A DNA stretch of 61,944 bases, counting the filler. It is 4 parts of 4 records of this genome, joined end to end, with 100 filler letters (N's around TTAATTAATTAA, not from the genome) between each part and the next. Parts side by side here need not be neighbours in the genome. Positions count along the whole stretch, not along the records: positions 1 to 20,640 come from DRR723986_814; 3 more parts are not named here. One strand, written 5' to 3'. The notes under the pieces are model-generated. The model searched no databases, was not told the origin of the DNA, and worked only from the letters and a program-made list of their open reading frames with translations. Of the stretch, positions 8,653-18,762 are shown in pieces; within the stretch, counting starts at the first letter, position 1; each line of letters opens with the position of its first letter. The translations under genes were made by a program, and so were the position numbers.

Positions 8653-9306
8653 ATGGCCAAGCAAGTTTCTCCCATCCGCAAAGGCCGCAAGCGCAATCCG
8701 CAGGTGACCAGAGCCGCCATCCTGCACGCCGCCCTTGAAGAGTTCAGCGAGGCGGGGCACTCAGGTGCCCGCGTTGACCGCATCGCCGCGCGGGCCGGCG
8801 TCAGCAAGCCGATGATCTACGACTATTTCGGAGACAAGGACGCGGTCTATGCGGCCGCACTGCGCGAGGCCTACTTACAGATCCGGCAGGGCGAGATGAC
8901 CCTGGAACTGGACGCGCTGGGACCGGAAGAGTCCTTACGTGCGCTGGTGCACTTCACCATGAACCACTTCTGGAACAACCCGTGGTTCATCCGCATGCTG
9001 AACACCGAGAACCTCATGGGCGGCGAGACCATCCGCAAGCTTGAGGATGCCGCCGACATTCAGTCGGTGTTGCTGCGCCGGGTGCAGGAAATCCTGCGAC
9101 GCGGGCGGGACACGGGCCTGTTCCGATCGTCCATCGACCCGGTCGAGCTTTACATCTTTATCGCATCGGTCTGCTGGTTCCCGATCTCCAATATGCACAC
9201 CCTGTCGGTCGTCTTCGAGGCCGCGATAAACGAGGCCTGGCTGAAGGGTCACGCCGAGAAGGCCGCCAACATGATCATCGCCTACCTCAAAGCCGACGCT
9301 TCCTGA
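8653..9306 (+). CDS. TetR/AcrR-family regulator (RutR-like)
   Basis: TRAAILHAALEEFSEAGHSGARVDRIAARAGVSKPMIYDYFGDKD HTH. Start at MAKQ after AGAGGG. Confidence 0.93.
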   Translation: MAKQVSPIRKGRKRNPQVTRAAILHAALEEFSEAGHSGARVDRIAARAGVSKPMIYDYFGDKDAVYAAALREAYLQIRQGEMTLELDALGPEESLRALVHFTMNHFWNNPWFIRMLNTENLMGGETIRKLEDAADIQSVLLRRVQEILRRGRDTGLFRSSIDPVELYIFIASVCWFPISNMHTLSVVFEAAINEAWLKGHAEKAANMIIAYLKADAS

Positions 9307-9409
9307 CCTTCCCAAATCACCGCCAGCCTCCTTTCCCCACGCCCTGACAGGTGCCTGGGGATGCGAGTATCTTCGGGCCCATCGAATTTCCGCGGTGGGA
9401 CCATCGCGC

Positions 9410-9464
9410 TTGACAGGACTCACTTTGCCTACTAATCGGTAACTTGCAATCTACCACATGGTAG
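9410..9464 (+). promoter_or_regulatory. Putative promoter with TetR-type operator upstream of the Gfo/DUF993 operon
   Basis: TTGACA at 9410-9415, perfect dyad CTACCA-CA-TGGTAG at 9451-9464, and a degenerate copy CTACTA-AT-CGGTAA over the -10 region. Confidence 0.6.
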
Positions 9465-9559
9465 GTTGTGGATTGCTGATTGGGGGAAGTCGCATGTCTC
9501 GCCGTCGGACCGTGCAAATACGCAGGTGGCGGACGTGCCGAATAGCAAGGGAAGAGAAC

Positions 9560-10711
9560 ATGGCGAAACAACGTATCGGCATCATCATGCACGGCGTCAC
9601 CGGACGGATGGGCATGAACCAGCACCTGATCCGCTCGGTCCTGGCGATCCGCAACGAAGGCGGCATGCTGTTGAAGAATGGCGACCGGCTCATTCCGGAC
9701 GTGATCATCGTTGGCCGCAACGAAAAGAAGATTGCCGAACTGGCCGCGAAACACGGCGTCGAGCGCTACACCACCGATCTGGATGCCGCGCTGGCCAACC
9801 CGGACGACACCATTTTCTTTGACGCCGCCAGCACCCGGATGCGCCCCGGCTTGCTGCGCAAGGCGATCGATGCGGGCAAGCATGTCTATTCGGAAAAGCC
9901 GGTCTCCGAGGGCCTGGAAGAGGCCATCGAGATTGCGAAACACGCCAAGACCAAGGGCGTCAAGAATGGCATCGTGCATGACAAGCTGGACCTGCCCGGT
10001 CTGCTGAAACTCAAGCGCCTGCGCGACAGCGGCTTCTTCGGAAAGATCCTCAGCGTGCGCGGCGAGTTCGGCTATTGGGTTTTCGAGGGCGACTGGATGC
10101 CGGCGCAGCGACCGTCATGGAACTACCGCAAGCAGGACGGCGGCGGCATGGTCTCGGACATGCTCTGCCACTGGCGCTACGTGCTCGACAACGTGGTCGC
10201 ACCGGTCAAGGCGGTCAATTGCACCGCCGTCACCCACATCCCCGAACGCTGGGACGAGAACGGCGAACGCTACGACGCCACCGCTGATGACGCGGCCTAT
10301 GCGACCTTCGAGTTGGAAGGGGACATCATCGCCCAGCTCAATAGCTCGTGGTGCACCCGGGTGCGGCGCGACGACTTGGTGACCTTCCATATCGATGGGA
10401 CCCACGGCAGCGCTGTCGCGGGGCTGCACACCTGCTATTCGCAGGCGCGTGTCAACACGCCTAAACCCGTCTGGAACCCGGACCAGAAGCAGACCATGAA
10501 CTTCTTCGAGGATTGGGTGGAAGTGCCCGACAACGCGGATTTCGACAACGGTTTCAAGGTGCAATGGGAGCAGTTCCTGCGCCACGTGGTCGAGGATGCG
10601 CCTTGGTCCTACACGCTGGAAGAGGGCGCCAAGGGCGTGCAACTGGCGGAGCTGGGGTATCAGAGCTCGGCCGAGCGTCGCTGGCTCGACGTTCCGGCAT
10701 TGGAAATCTGA
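9560..10711 (+). CDS. Gfo/Idh/MocA-family oxidoreductase
   Basis: GIIMHGVTGRMG Rossmann start, GKHVYSEKP and GGGMVSDMLCHW. Confidence 0.93.
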   Translation: MAKQRIGIIMHGVTGRMGMNQHLIRSVLAIRNEGGMLLKNGDRLIPDVIIVGRNEKKIAELAAKHGVERYTTDLDAALANPDDTIFFDAASTRMRPGLLRKAIDAGKHVYSEKPVSEGLEEAIEIAKHAKTKGVKNGIVHDKLDLPGLLKLKRLRDSGFFGKILSVRGEFGYWVFEGDWMPAQRPSWNYRKQDGGGMVSDMLCHWRYVLDNVVAPVKAVNCTAVTHIPERWDENGERYDATADDAAYATFELEGDIIAQLNSSWCTRVRRDDLVTFHIDGTHGSAVAGLHTCYSQARVNTPKPVWNPDQKQTMNFFEDWVEVPDNADFDNGFKVQWEQFLRHVVEDAPWSYTLEEGAKGVQLAELGYQSSAERRWLDVPALEI

Positions 10712-10721
10712 GGGGGCTTCG

Positions 10722-11876
10722 ATGGCACAACTGATCCTTCCCACTGCCGGCGGCGGCACCGCCCCGCTTGAAATCAACGCCGGCCCGGTCCCCGCACCGG
10801 GCGGCGACTGGACCCGCACCGCCTATGCTGCGGCCCATGTGGTGGCCGACCCTCTGGCCGAGGTCGACTCGGGCGAGGGCGTCGCCATCGACTGGGACCG
10901 CACCATTGCCTTCCGCCATCATCTCTGGTCGCTGGGCCTGGGTGTGGCCGAGGCGATGGACACCGCGCAGCGCGGGATGGGCCTCGAATGGGCCACTTCG
11001 CTGGAGCTGATTCAACGCAGCATCGACGCGGCGCCCGACGGCGCATTGATCGCCAGCGGGGCAGGGACCGACCACCTGGCCCCCGGACCGGAGATCACAA
11101 TTGACGATGTGATCGCCGCCTACGAGATGCAGTGCGAAGCGGTGGAGGCCACTGGTTCTCGCGTCATCCTGATGGCCAGCCGCGCGCTGGTGCTGGCGGC
11201 GAAAGGCCCGGAGGATTACGCCCGCGTCTATGGCCGGGTGCTCTCGGGGCTCAAACAACCGGCGATCCTGCACTGGCTGGGCGAAATGTTCGACCCGGCG
11301 CTGGCGGGCTACTGGGGTGACGCAGACCATATGAAGGCGATGGAATGCTGCCTCTCGGTGCTTGCCGAGAACGCCGACAAGATCGACGGTATCAAGATCT
11401 CGCTGCTTTCGGCCGAGAAGGAAATCGCCATGCGCCGCCGACTGCCCGCGGGCGTGGTGATGTATACCGGCGATGACTTCAACTATCCCGAGTTGATCAA
11501 GGGCGACGACCAGGGCTATTCGCACGCACTCCTCGGCATCTTCGATCCCATCGCCGGGGCGGCCTGCCGGGCGTTGCGCGCGCTGGCCGAGGGCGACGAG
11601 GCAAAGTACCACGCGTCCTTCGACCCGACGGTCCCGCTGGGCCGGCACATCTTCAAGGCACCAACGCGGTTCTACAAGACCGGTGTGGTCTTCCTTGCCT
11701 ACCTGATGGGGCATCAGGACCATTTCACCATGGTCGGCGGCCAGGAAAGCGCCCGCTCGACCTTGCATCTGGCCGAGGCGATCCGGCTGGCGAATGCCGC
11801 GCGGCTCTTCACCGACCCCGAGGAGGTGGTGCGCCGTGCGACGCCGGTGTTTCAGGCGCGGGGGGTGTCGGTATGA
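10722..11876 (+). CDS. DUF993 / dihydrodipicolinate-synthase-like TIM-barrel protein
   Basis: AYAAAHVVADP, GLGVAEAMDTAQRGMG, ILHWLGEMFDP, DGIKISLL and MYTGDDFNYPELI. Confidence 0.88.
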   Translation: MAQLILPTAGGGTAPLEINAGPVPAPGGDWTRTAYAAAHVVADPLAEVDSGEGVAIDWDRTIAFRHHLWSLGLGVAEAMDTAQRGMGLEWATSLELIQRSIDAAPDGALIASGAGTDHLAPGPEITIDDVIAAYEMQCEAVEATGSRVILMASRALVLAAKGPEDYARVYGRVLSGLKQPAILHWLGEMFDPALAGYWGDADHMKAMECCLSVLAENADKIDGIKISLLSAEKEIAMRRRLPAGVVMYTGDDFNYPELIKGDDQGYSHALLGIFDPIAGAACRALRALAEGDEAKYHASFDPTVPLGRHIFKAPTRFYKTGVVFLAYLMGHQDHFTMVGGQESARSTLHLAEAIRLANAARLFTDPEEVVRRATPVFQARGVSV

Positions 11877-12697
11877 GGACGCTCACCGCAAAGGACCTGT
11901 CGCTCAACACCGCCACGGTGTCGAAGCAATGGAGCCTCGAAGAGTGCATCGAGGGCTGCCAGCGCCACGGCATCGGCGGCATCTCTCCCTGGCGTGACAA
12001 GCTGCAAGAGTGCGGCGTGGACCGTGCCGCCAAGCTGATCCGCGAGGCGGGGCTGGGTGTCTCGGGGCTCTGCCGGGGGGGCTGGTACACTGCCGAGGGC
12101 GCGCTGACGCAAAATGTCATCGACGACAACAAGCGTGCTGTCGATGAGGCGGCCGCCATCGGCGCGGAGACGCTCGTCATGGTGGTGGGCGGGCTGCCCG
12201 CGGGCTCGAAGGACATCGTGGCGGCGCGGGAAATCGTCACCGAAGGTCTGGGAAAGACGCTGGATTATGCCCGCTCCGTCGGGGTCAAGGTCGGGATCGA
12301 GCCGCTGCACCCGATGTATGCCGCCGACCGGGCCTGCGTGAACACGACCGGCCAGGCGCTCGACATCTGTGACCAGTTGGGTGACGGCATCGGCGTTGCG
12401 CTCGACGTCTATCACATCTGGTGGGACCCGGAGATCGCCGCGCAGATCAAGAGGGCGGGCCGCGAGCGCATCCATGCCTTTCACGTCTGCGACTGGATGA
12501 ACCCGACGGCCGACATGTTGACCGATCGCGGCATGATGGGCGACGGGGTCATCGATATCCCGGCGTACCGCAAGATGGTCGAGGACGAAGGCTTTGACGG
12601 GTTGGTCGAGGTCGAGATTTTCTCGGCCGGCAACTGGTGGACAAAGCCCGCCGACGACGTGCTCAAGGCCATGGTGAAGGCCCTTCCGGCGATCTAG
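11873..12697 (+). CDS. Sugar phosphate isomerase/epimerase (xylose-isomerase-like TIM barrel)
   Basis: GIEPLHPM, DVYHIWWD, FHVCDW, RGMMGDGVID and VEVEIFS. ATGA-coupled to the DUF993 gene. Confidence 0.92.
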   Translation: MRTLTAKDLSLNTATVSKQWSLEECIEGCQRHGIGGISPWRDKLQECGVDRAAKLIREAGLGVSGLCRGGWYTAEGALTQNVIDDNKRAVDEAAAIGAETLVMVVGGLPAGSKDIVAAREIVTEGLGKTLDYARSVGVKVGIEPLHPMYAADRACVNTTGQALDICDQLGDGIGVALDVYHIWWDPEIAAQIKRAGRERIHAFHVCDWMNPTADMLTDRGMMGDGVIDIPAYRKMVEDEGFDGLVEVEIFSAGNWWTKPADDVLKAMVKALPAI

Positions 12698-12713
12698 CCT
12701 TCCCGCGCGCCTA

Positions 12714-12739
12714 CGCAAAATTTCTGCAATAAACTTGCA
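12714..12739. promoter_or_regulatory. Candidate operator YGCAA-N5-TTGCA upstream of the LacI gene
   Basis: Perfect TGCAA-TAAAC-TTGCA at 12725-12739 and overlapping CGCAA-AATTT-CTGCA at 12714-12728. Confidence 0.55.
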
Positions 12740-12816
12740 TTGCCTTCGCGTTCGGTCAAGAACAGGGAGGGCATTCGTGGTTTCGCCCGTGATTTTCAGA
12801 GAGCGGGAGTACTGCC

Positions 12817-13860
12817 ATGCGTCAATCCAGGATCCGGCAGGAAGATATCGCGCGGGCGGTCGGGGTGTCGGTTTCGACGGTATCGCGCGTTATGTCAGGC
12901 GCGCCGGGGATCAGTCCGGCGACGACCAAGAAGGTCCTGCAGGCCGCCGCCGACCTTGGCACACCCGTCACCACCTCAGCGCAGGCCGCGGCGGTTCCCG
13001 CCCATCGCATGCAGCGTGCGCTGCTGTTTCTCAAGCAGGTTGACCTGAACTCCGGTTCGGGGTCGATTTATCAATTCATCATGACGGGCATCCAGAACGC
13101 GGCCCGCGAGGCCGATTTGCAGATCGAACTGGCGCTGCTGGGTGAAGACGAGGATATCGCTGACTCCATCCTTGGCGGGCCGGAGACCGGCATCTTGTTT
13201 GCCGGTGTGGATCCGACGCCCGGACTTATGGAAAAGCTCGATAAATCAACGCATCCGGCGGTTCTGGTCAATGGACTCGACCCGACAATGACGCATGACC
13301 AGGTGGCGCCAAACAACTATCAGGGCGGGTGGCTCGCGGCGCAGTATCTAATCCGGATGGGGCACAGGCGCATCCTGCATCTGGGCACACGGCGTCGGCT
13401 GACCCTCGCGGCGCGCTCGGACGGGTTTCTCACCGCGATCGAGCAGGCGGGCATGACAGGCCTGAGTTGCGATTTCACCGAGATCGGCAACGTCACCGAA
13501 GGCAAAGCACAGACCGCGATCAAGCAGATGTTGAGCAAGGGCCATTTGCCGTATTCCGCGGTCTTTTGCTCCACCGATATCGTCGCGCTCACCGTCATGC
13601 AGGAACTGCGCAAGCGCGGCATGGAGGTCCCGGGGGAGGTCTCGCTGCTTGGGTTCAACGGCCTTCCGGTGGCGGAATTTTCCTCACCGCTGCTTAGCAC
13701 CCTGATCGTAGACTGGGAATTCCTCGGGCAGGAGGCGATTCGTTTGCTTTGCAAACGAAGCGCTGAACCCGAGCTGCCGACGCAACAAGTTCAGACCCAA
13801 GTCATTCTCAAACAGGCCGCATCCGTCGCGGGCATGACGAAACCACTGATTGACAGCTAG
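12817..13860 (+). CDS. LacI-family transcriptional regulator
   Basis: EDIARAVGVSVSTVSRVMSG HTH followed by a periplasmic-binding-fold C-terminus (VPGEVSLLGFN, PLLSTL). Confidence 0.93.
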   Translation: MRQSRIRQEDIARAVGVSVSTVSRVMSGAPGISPATTKKVLQAAADLGTPVTTSAQAAAVPAHRMQRALLFLKQVDLNSGSGSIYQFIMTGIQNAAREADLQIELALLGEDEDIADSILGGPETGILFAGVDPTPGLMEKLDKSTHPAVLVNGLDPTMTHDQVAPNNYQGGWLAAQYLIRMGHRRILHLGTRRRLTLAARSDGFLTAIEQAGMTGLSCDFTEIGNVTEGKAQTAIKQMLSKGHLPYSAVFCSTDIVALTVMQELRKRGMEVPGEVSLLGFNGLPVAEFSSPLLSTLIVDWEFLGQEAIRLLCKRSAEPELPTQQVQTQVILKQAASVAGMTKPLIDS

Positions 13861-13880
13861 TTAGGTCGAAACGGCTTCTG

Positions 13881-13914
13881 CGCAAAAAAATTGCATACTA
13901 AGAAAAAACTTGCG
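13881..13914. promoter_or_regulatory. Second copy of the YGCAA-N5-TTGCA motif upstream of the dehydrogenase/ABC operon
   Basis: CGCAA-AAAAA-TTGCA at 13881-13895 and a degenerate AAGAA-AAAAC-TTGCG at 13900-13914, next to TATAAT at 13916. Confidence 0.55.
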
Positions 13915-13971
13915 CTATAATGCAAGCAATGCAAGGCTGCTTGCGACACAGGGTGTCGTCGGGAGGTTTGG

Positions 13972-14994
13972 ATGCGCTTCACATCACTGGTTCAGTTGGC
14001 TCCGAAAGAGTTCGGCGTCCATTTTCCTGCCTCCTGCCGCAACCAGCACATGGCCCGGCTCGGCGCCCTGACCGACCTGCTTCACCCCGATCCCGTGGCC
14101 GATCTTCACGAAAGCGCGGCCACGGCACGCCTCGCCGAGGTCGACATCCTGGTAACCGGCTGGAAATCCCGTCCGATCGACGCGGAGCTGCGCCGCCGCA
14201 TGCCGCGGCTCAAGCTGGTGGCGCATCTCGCCGGCACGGTGAAGGGCATCCTCGACCGTGACGCCGCCACCGCGGGTCTCGCCGTGACCAGCGGTGCCGA
14301 GGCCAATGCCCGGCCCGTTGCCGAGTTCACCCTCGCGCACATCCTGCTGCACTTGAAGCGCGTGCCGGAATGGCGCGCAGCCTACAAGGCCGAGCGGTCG
14401 CGGATCGATACCCGCAGCGCGACGCTCGCCGGTCCCGTGGGAAACACCGGGCGCAGGGTCGGCATCATCGGCGCCTCGCGCATCGGTCGCCGGGTGGCCG
14501 AGGAATTGCGCCGCCATCGCGTCTCGGTGCTGCTGCATGACCCCTTCGTCAGCGCCGAAGCGGCGGCGGCATTCGGAGCGCAGAAGGTCTCGATGGACGA
14601 GCTGCTGGCGCAAAGCGACGTGGTCAGCCTGCACCAACCGCTGTTGCCCACCACGCAGCACAGCTTCGGGACCGCGGAATTTGCCAAGATGCGAGATGGC
14701 GCCCTTCTGATCAACACCGCGCGGGGCCGGATCATCGCGCCGGGCGCGCTGGAAGAGGCGATGGCGGGTGGTCGGCTTTTTGCCGTGCTCGACGTGACCG
14801 ACCCCGAACCGCTGCCCGATAACTCGCCGCTCTGGGGCATGCCCAACGTGACGCTCACACCGCATATCGCCGGTTCTTTCGGCTGCGAGGTCTGTGACAT
14901 GACCGAACTCGTGCTCGACGACATCGAGCGCTTCACCCGGGGCGAACCGCTGCAGAACGAGGTCGTTCTGGCCGATTGGGAGCGCGTGGCATGA
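13972..14994 (+). CDS. D-isomer-specific 2-hydroxyacid dehydrogenase
   Basis: VGIIGASRIG, LINTARG, LDVTDPEP and LTPHIAG. Confidence 0.94.
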   Translation: MRFTSLVQLAPKEFGVHFPASCRNQHMARLGALTDLLHPDPVADLHESAATARLAEVDILVTGWKSRPIDAELRRRMPRLKLVAHLAGTVKGILDRDAATAGLAVTSGAEANARPVAEFTLAHILLHLKRVPEWRAAYKAERSRIDTRSATLAGPVGNTGRRVGIIGASRIGRRVAEELRRHRVSVLLHDPFVSAEAAAAFGAQKVSMDELLAQSDVVSLHQPLLPTTQHSFGTAEFAKMRDGALLINTARGRIIAPGALEEAMAGGRLFAVLDVTDPEPLPDNSPLWGMPNVTLTPHIAGSFGCEVCDMTELVLDDIERFTRGEPLQNEVVLADWERVA

Positions 14995-15782
14995 TCCGGC
15001 CCGGCCTCTGCTCTGTCACCTTTCGGGCGCTGGATGCCGAGGATATTGTGACGCTGGCCGCCGACACCGGTGTCGCGGTGATCGAATGGGGTGCCGACAA
15101 GCATGTGCCGCCGGGTGACGTCGCGAACGCCCGGCACATCGGCGATCTCTGCCGGGCACGTGGTATCGCGCCTGCCTCCTATGGCGCCTACGTCCGGGCG
15201 GGCACCGAGGCTGCCGTGACGGATTTCGCCGCCGTGCTGGCGACGGCCCAAGCGCTTGGCGCCGGCAACATCCGGGTCTGGGCAGGGGAGGCCAAACGCT
15301 TGGAAGCCGGGGAAGCGGCATTCGTTCAGGCGGCAAGTGACCTGCATCGGATGGCGGACATGGCCGCGGGCGAGGAAATCACCGTCAGCGTCGAATATCA
15401 CCGCCGCAGCCTGACCGAAGAGGCCGAAGACACGCTGGCGCTGATGGAGGCGGCGGATCACGCCAACCTGTTCAGCTACTGGCAGCCGGTGCCCGGGCGG
15501 GGCAGGGCGCGCTGGCTGGAGGAGCTTGCGCTGCTGGCGCCGCATCTGGGCGATCTGCACGTCTTTTACTGGATCATGACTGACGCCGGACAGGAGCGCC
15601 GACCGCTCGCCGAGGGCGCCGACGACTGGCGCGCGCTCATCGAGGCCTGGAAGGTCTTGCCGCGCTGGCCGCATGCCCGGACGGGCTTTCTCGAATTCGT
15701 GCGCGCGGATGAAGAACACCAGTTCCGCGCTGACATGCAGCACCTGCTGGCTCTCTGCCACCAGCCGGAGAACGTAAACTAA
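14991..15782 (+). CDS. Xylose-isomerase-like TIM-barrel protein
   Basis: GLCSVTFR, IEWGADKHVP, IRVWAG, VEYH and YWQP. ATGA-coupled start. Confidence 0.85.
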   Translation: MIRPGLCSVTFRALDAEDIVTLAADTGVAVIEWGADKHVPPGDVANARHIGDLCRARGIAPASYGAYVRAGTEAAVTDFAAVLATAQALGAGNIRVWAGEAKRLEAGEAAFVQAASDLHRMADMAAGEEITVSVEYHRRSLTEEAEDTLALMEAADHANLFSYWQPVPGRGRARWLEELALLAPHLGDLHVFYWIMTDAGQERRPLAEGADDWRALIEAWKVLPRWPHARTGFLEFVRADEEHQFRADMQHLLALCHQPENVN

Positions 15783-15806
15783 CGCATTTCACGGGAGGAG
15801 ACCAAA

Positions 15807-17696
15807 ATGCTCAATACGAAGATGACCGGAGTATCGCTTGCCGCGCTCATCGTGCTGGCCGGGCCTGCGCTAGCCGGGGAATACACCCAGGCCCCCGCGC
15901 TGGAGGCTGCGGTCGAGGGGGGCACCCTGCCACCGCTCGAAGAACGCCTGCCCGCGAATCCGGTCGTGGTGGACCCCATCGACTCCGCCGGCACATATGG
16001 CGGTACCTGGCGCTCGGCGTTGAAAGGCACCTATGACACAGGGTGGGTACGCCGCACCGTGGGCTATCAGCCGCTGGTGGCCTATGACTACGAATGGACC
16101 AAGGTGGTGCCCAACGTGGCAGAACGCTTCGAAGTCAGCGAAGATGCGACCGAATTCACCTTCTACCTGCGCGAAGGCCACAAGTGGTCGGACGGTGAGC
16201 CCTTCACCGCCGAGGACCTGAAATTCGCCGTCGACATCATGGCCAGCCCCGCCTACGGCGGCCGCAAACCCGGCGGCTTCGAGTGGACCAAGATCAGCGG
16301 CGAGGTGATCAATCCGCTCACCTTCAAGATCACGCTGACCGAGCCCAACGGCTTGTTCCTCGAACGCCTCGCCACCGTCGAAGGCCAGTTCATCGTCAAC
16401 GCTGCCAAGCACTATTGCGGCAAGTATTTTCCCGAGGTGAACCCCGACGCCAACGAGACCGCCAAAGAGGCGGGCTTCGACAGCTGGACCCAGGCCATCG
16501 AACAGAGCTGCTTTTTCAACTTCGTCGACGAGAAGCGCCCGCTGCTTTTTGCATGGCGGCAGGTCACGCCCTATGACGGGCTGAACCAGCTGATCGAGTG
16601 GGAGCGCAACCCCTATTTCTTCAAGGTCGACAGCGAGGGCCAGCAGTTGCCCTATATCGACAAGGTGCAGATGGTCCAGACCGAGAACGTCGAGGACATC
16701 GTGCTCAAGGTCGTGAACGGCGAGATTGACTTCTCCAACCGCCACTTTGCCACCGTCACCAACAAGCCGGTGATCTATGACGGTCAGGAAAGCGGCGGTT
16801 ACACGCTGAAATCCACCGTCGACGCCCGGATGAACCACGCGATCTTCCAGCTCAACCTGACCCACGACGACCCGAAAAAGCGCAAGCTGTACGGCGAAAA
16901 AGACTTCCGCGCCGCCTTGTCGATGGCGATGGACCGCGAAGAGATCATCGACGTGGTCTTTGCCGGCCAGGGCGAGCCTTGGCAGGCCGCGCCACGCCCC
17001 TCGTCGCAGTTCTACAACGAGACGCTGGCCAAGCAGTTCACCGAGTACGACCCCGACGCTGCCAACGCGTTGCTTGACGGGCTGGGCCTGACCGAGCGCA
17101 ACAGCGAAGGCATCCGGCTGGGCTATGACGGCGAGCCGATCCGCATTCAGCTGTTCTCGCCGTCCGACCAGACCGAGTTCAACGACATTGCGCAGCTCAT
17201 CACCGAGCAGTGGAAGGAGATCGGCATCGACCTCGACGCCCGCAACGCCGAGCGCAGTCTGGTCTATGAGCGGATCCAGAACAACAGCCACGACATGCAT
17301 GTCTGGTGGGGTGACGGCGGGCTGAACGACGCGCTGCTCGATCCGCGGTTCTACTTCCCGTTCAACCTGGAATCCGCCTTTGCCGAGCGCTGGTCGCAGT
17401 GGTTCATGAAAGGCGGCAGCACGCTGGCCGAAGAGCCGCCAGCGGAGGTCAGGAAGCAGATGGACCTGTATCTCGAGCTGATCGCCACGCCCGACAAGGA
17501 CAAGCAGAAGGAACTCTTCGGCGAGATCCTCGATATCGCGGTAGAGCAGTTCTACGTCATGGGCACCGTGCTTCCCGCAGACGGCTACATCGTGGCGAAC
17601 GAAAAGCTGGGCAACGTGCCGGAGGGGCAGATCTATACCTGGATGTACCCCCAGCCCGGCCCGATGGAAACCGCGCAGCTGTACTTCATGAAGTAG
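15807..17696 (+). CDS. ABC transporter substrate-binding protein, family 5 (oligosaccharide/peptide type)
   Basis: Signal peptide, LPPLEERLP..P.VV, FYLREGHKWSDGEPFTAED and RNPYFFKVD...QLPYID. Confidence 0.93.
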   Translation: MLNTKMTGVSLAALIVLAGPALAGEYTQAPALEAAVEGGTLPPLEERLPANPVVVDPIDSAGTYGGTWRSALKGTYDTGWVRRTVGYQPLVAYDYEWTKVVPNVAERFEVSEDATEFTFYLREGHKWSDGEPFTAEDLKFAVDIMASPAYGGRKPGGFEWTKISGEVINPLTFKITLTEPNGLFLERLATVEGQFIVNAAKHYCGKYFPEVNPDANETAKEAGFDSWTQAIEQSCFFNFVDEKRPLLFAWRQVTPYDGLNQLIEWERNPYFFKVDSEGQQLPYIDKVQMVQTENVEDIVLKVVNGEIDFSNRHFATVTNKPVIYDGQESGGYTLKSTVDARMNHAIFQLNLTHDDPKKRKLYGEKDFRAALSMAMDREEIIDVVFAGQGEPWQAAPRPSSQFYNETLAKQFTEYDPDAANALLDGLGLTERNSEGIRLGYDGEPIRIQLFSPSDQTEFNDIAQLITEQWKEIGIDLDARNAERSLVYERIQNNSHDMHVWWGDGGLNDALLDPRFYFPFNLESAFAERWSQWFMKGGSTLAEEPPAEVRKQMDLYLELIATPDKDKQKELFGEILDIAVEQFYVMGTVLPADGYIVANEKLGNVPEGQIYTWMYPQPGPMETAQLYFMK

Positions 17697-17703
17697 GCGC
17701 AGC

Positions 17704-17730
17704 CGGGCGCGGGGCCTGTCCTCGCGCCCG
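17704..17730 (+). other. GC-rich intergenic hairpin after the binding-protein gene (mRNA stabiliser or attenuator)
   Basis: CGGGCGCGGGG-CCTGT-CCTCGCGCCCG, with no U-tract. Confidence 0.45.
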
Positions 17731-17763
17731 ATCCACCGAGCATCTCATAGGGAGGGGACGCGC

Positions 17764-18762
17764 ATGTTGAATTATCTGGCCCGCAGGCTGGTGACGATGA
17801 TCCTGACGCTTCTGGCGCTGTCGGTTGTTGTCTTCATCGTCATCCAGTTGCCACCGGGCGACTTCGTGACATCCTACATCGCCAGCCTTTCTGCATCGGG
17901 CGAGAGCGTCGATCAGGACACGATCAACGCGTTGCGCGATCGCTACAAGCTGGACAGCCCAGTTCTGGTGCAATATTGGGCTTGGTTCTCTGATATCCTG
18001 CGTGGTGATTTCGGCTACAGCTTCGAGATGCAGCGCCCGGTGGCGGACATCTTCTCGCAGCGGATCGGCATTTCGCTGGCCGTCGAACTGACGGCGGTGG
18101 TGGTGATGTGGGCCGTGTCGATCCCGATCGGTATCTATTCCGCAGTGAACCAGTATTCTCTGGGCGATTACGCCGCAACGATCCTGGGCTTCCTCGGCCT
18201 CGCCATTCCCAACTTCCTGTTTGCGCTGGTCTTGATGTACATCTGCTACAACTGGTTCGGCGTGACCATCACCGGGCTATTCTCGCCAGAGTACATGAAC
18301 GCCCGCTGGTCGCTAGACCGCTTCCTGGACTTCGCCAGCCACGTCTGGGCGCCCATCCTCGTGATCTCCACCGCAGGTGCTGCGCAGCTGGTTCGCGTTT
18401 TGCGTGCCAATCTGCTGGACGAGCTGAACAAGCCTTACGTGCTGACCGCCCGCGCCAAGGGGCTGACCAAGCGACGGATGATCTGGCGCTACCCGGTGCG
18501 CGTGGCGATGAACCCGCTGGTGTCAACCATCGGCTGGGTGCTGCCCACAGTGATCTCGTCGTCCTTCGTGACCGCCATCGTGTTGAACCTGCCGACGCTC
18601 TCGCCGATCCTGCTGCGCGCGCTTCTGAGCCAGGACATGTACCTCGCGGGCGCGCTGATCATGTTCATGGGGCTGCTGACGCTGGTCGGCACGCTTATTT
18701 CCGATCTTCTGCTGGCCTGGATCGATCCGCGCATCCGGCTCGGCATGGTGGGAGCCAACTGA
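17764..18762 (+). CDS. ABC transporter permease (DppB/OppB-like)
   Basis: YLARRL...QLPPGD, GDFGYS and YVLTARAKGL EAA loop. Confidence 0.94.
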   Translation: MLNYLARRLVTMILTLLALSVVVFIVIQLPPGDFVTSYIASLSASGESVDQDTINALRDRYKLDSPVLVQYWAWFSDILRGDFGYSFEMQRPVADIFSQRIGISLAVELTAVVVMWAVSIPIGIYSAVNQYSLGDYAATILGFLGLAIPNFLFALVLMYICYNWFGVTITGLFSPEYMNARWSLDRFLDFASHVWAPILVISTAGAAQLVRVLRANLLDELNKPYVLTARAKGLTKRRMIWRYPVRVAMNPLVSTIGWVLPTVISSSFVTAIVLNLPTLSPILLRALLSQDMYLAGALIMFMGLLTLVGTLISDLLLAWIDPRIRLGMVGAN

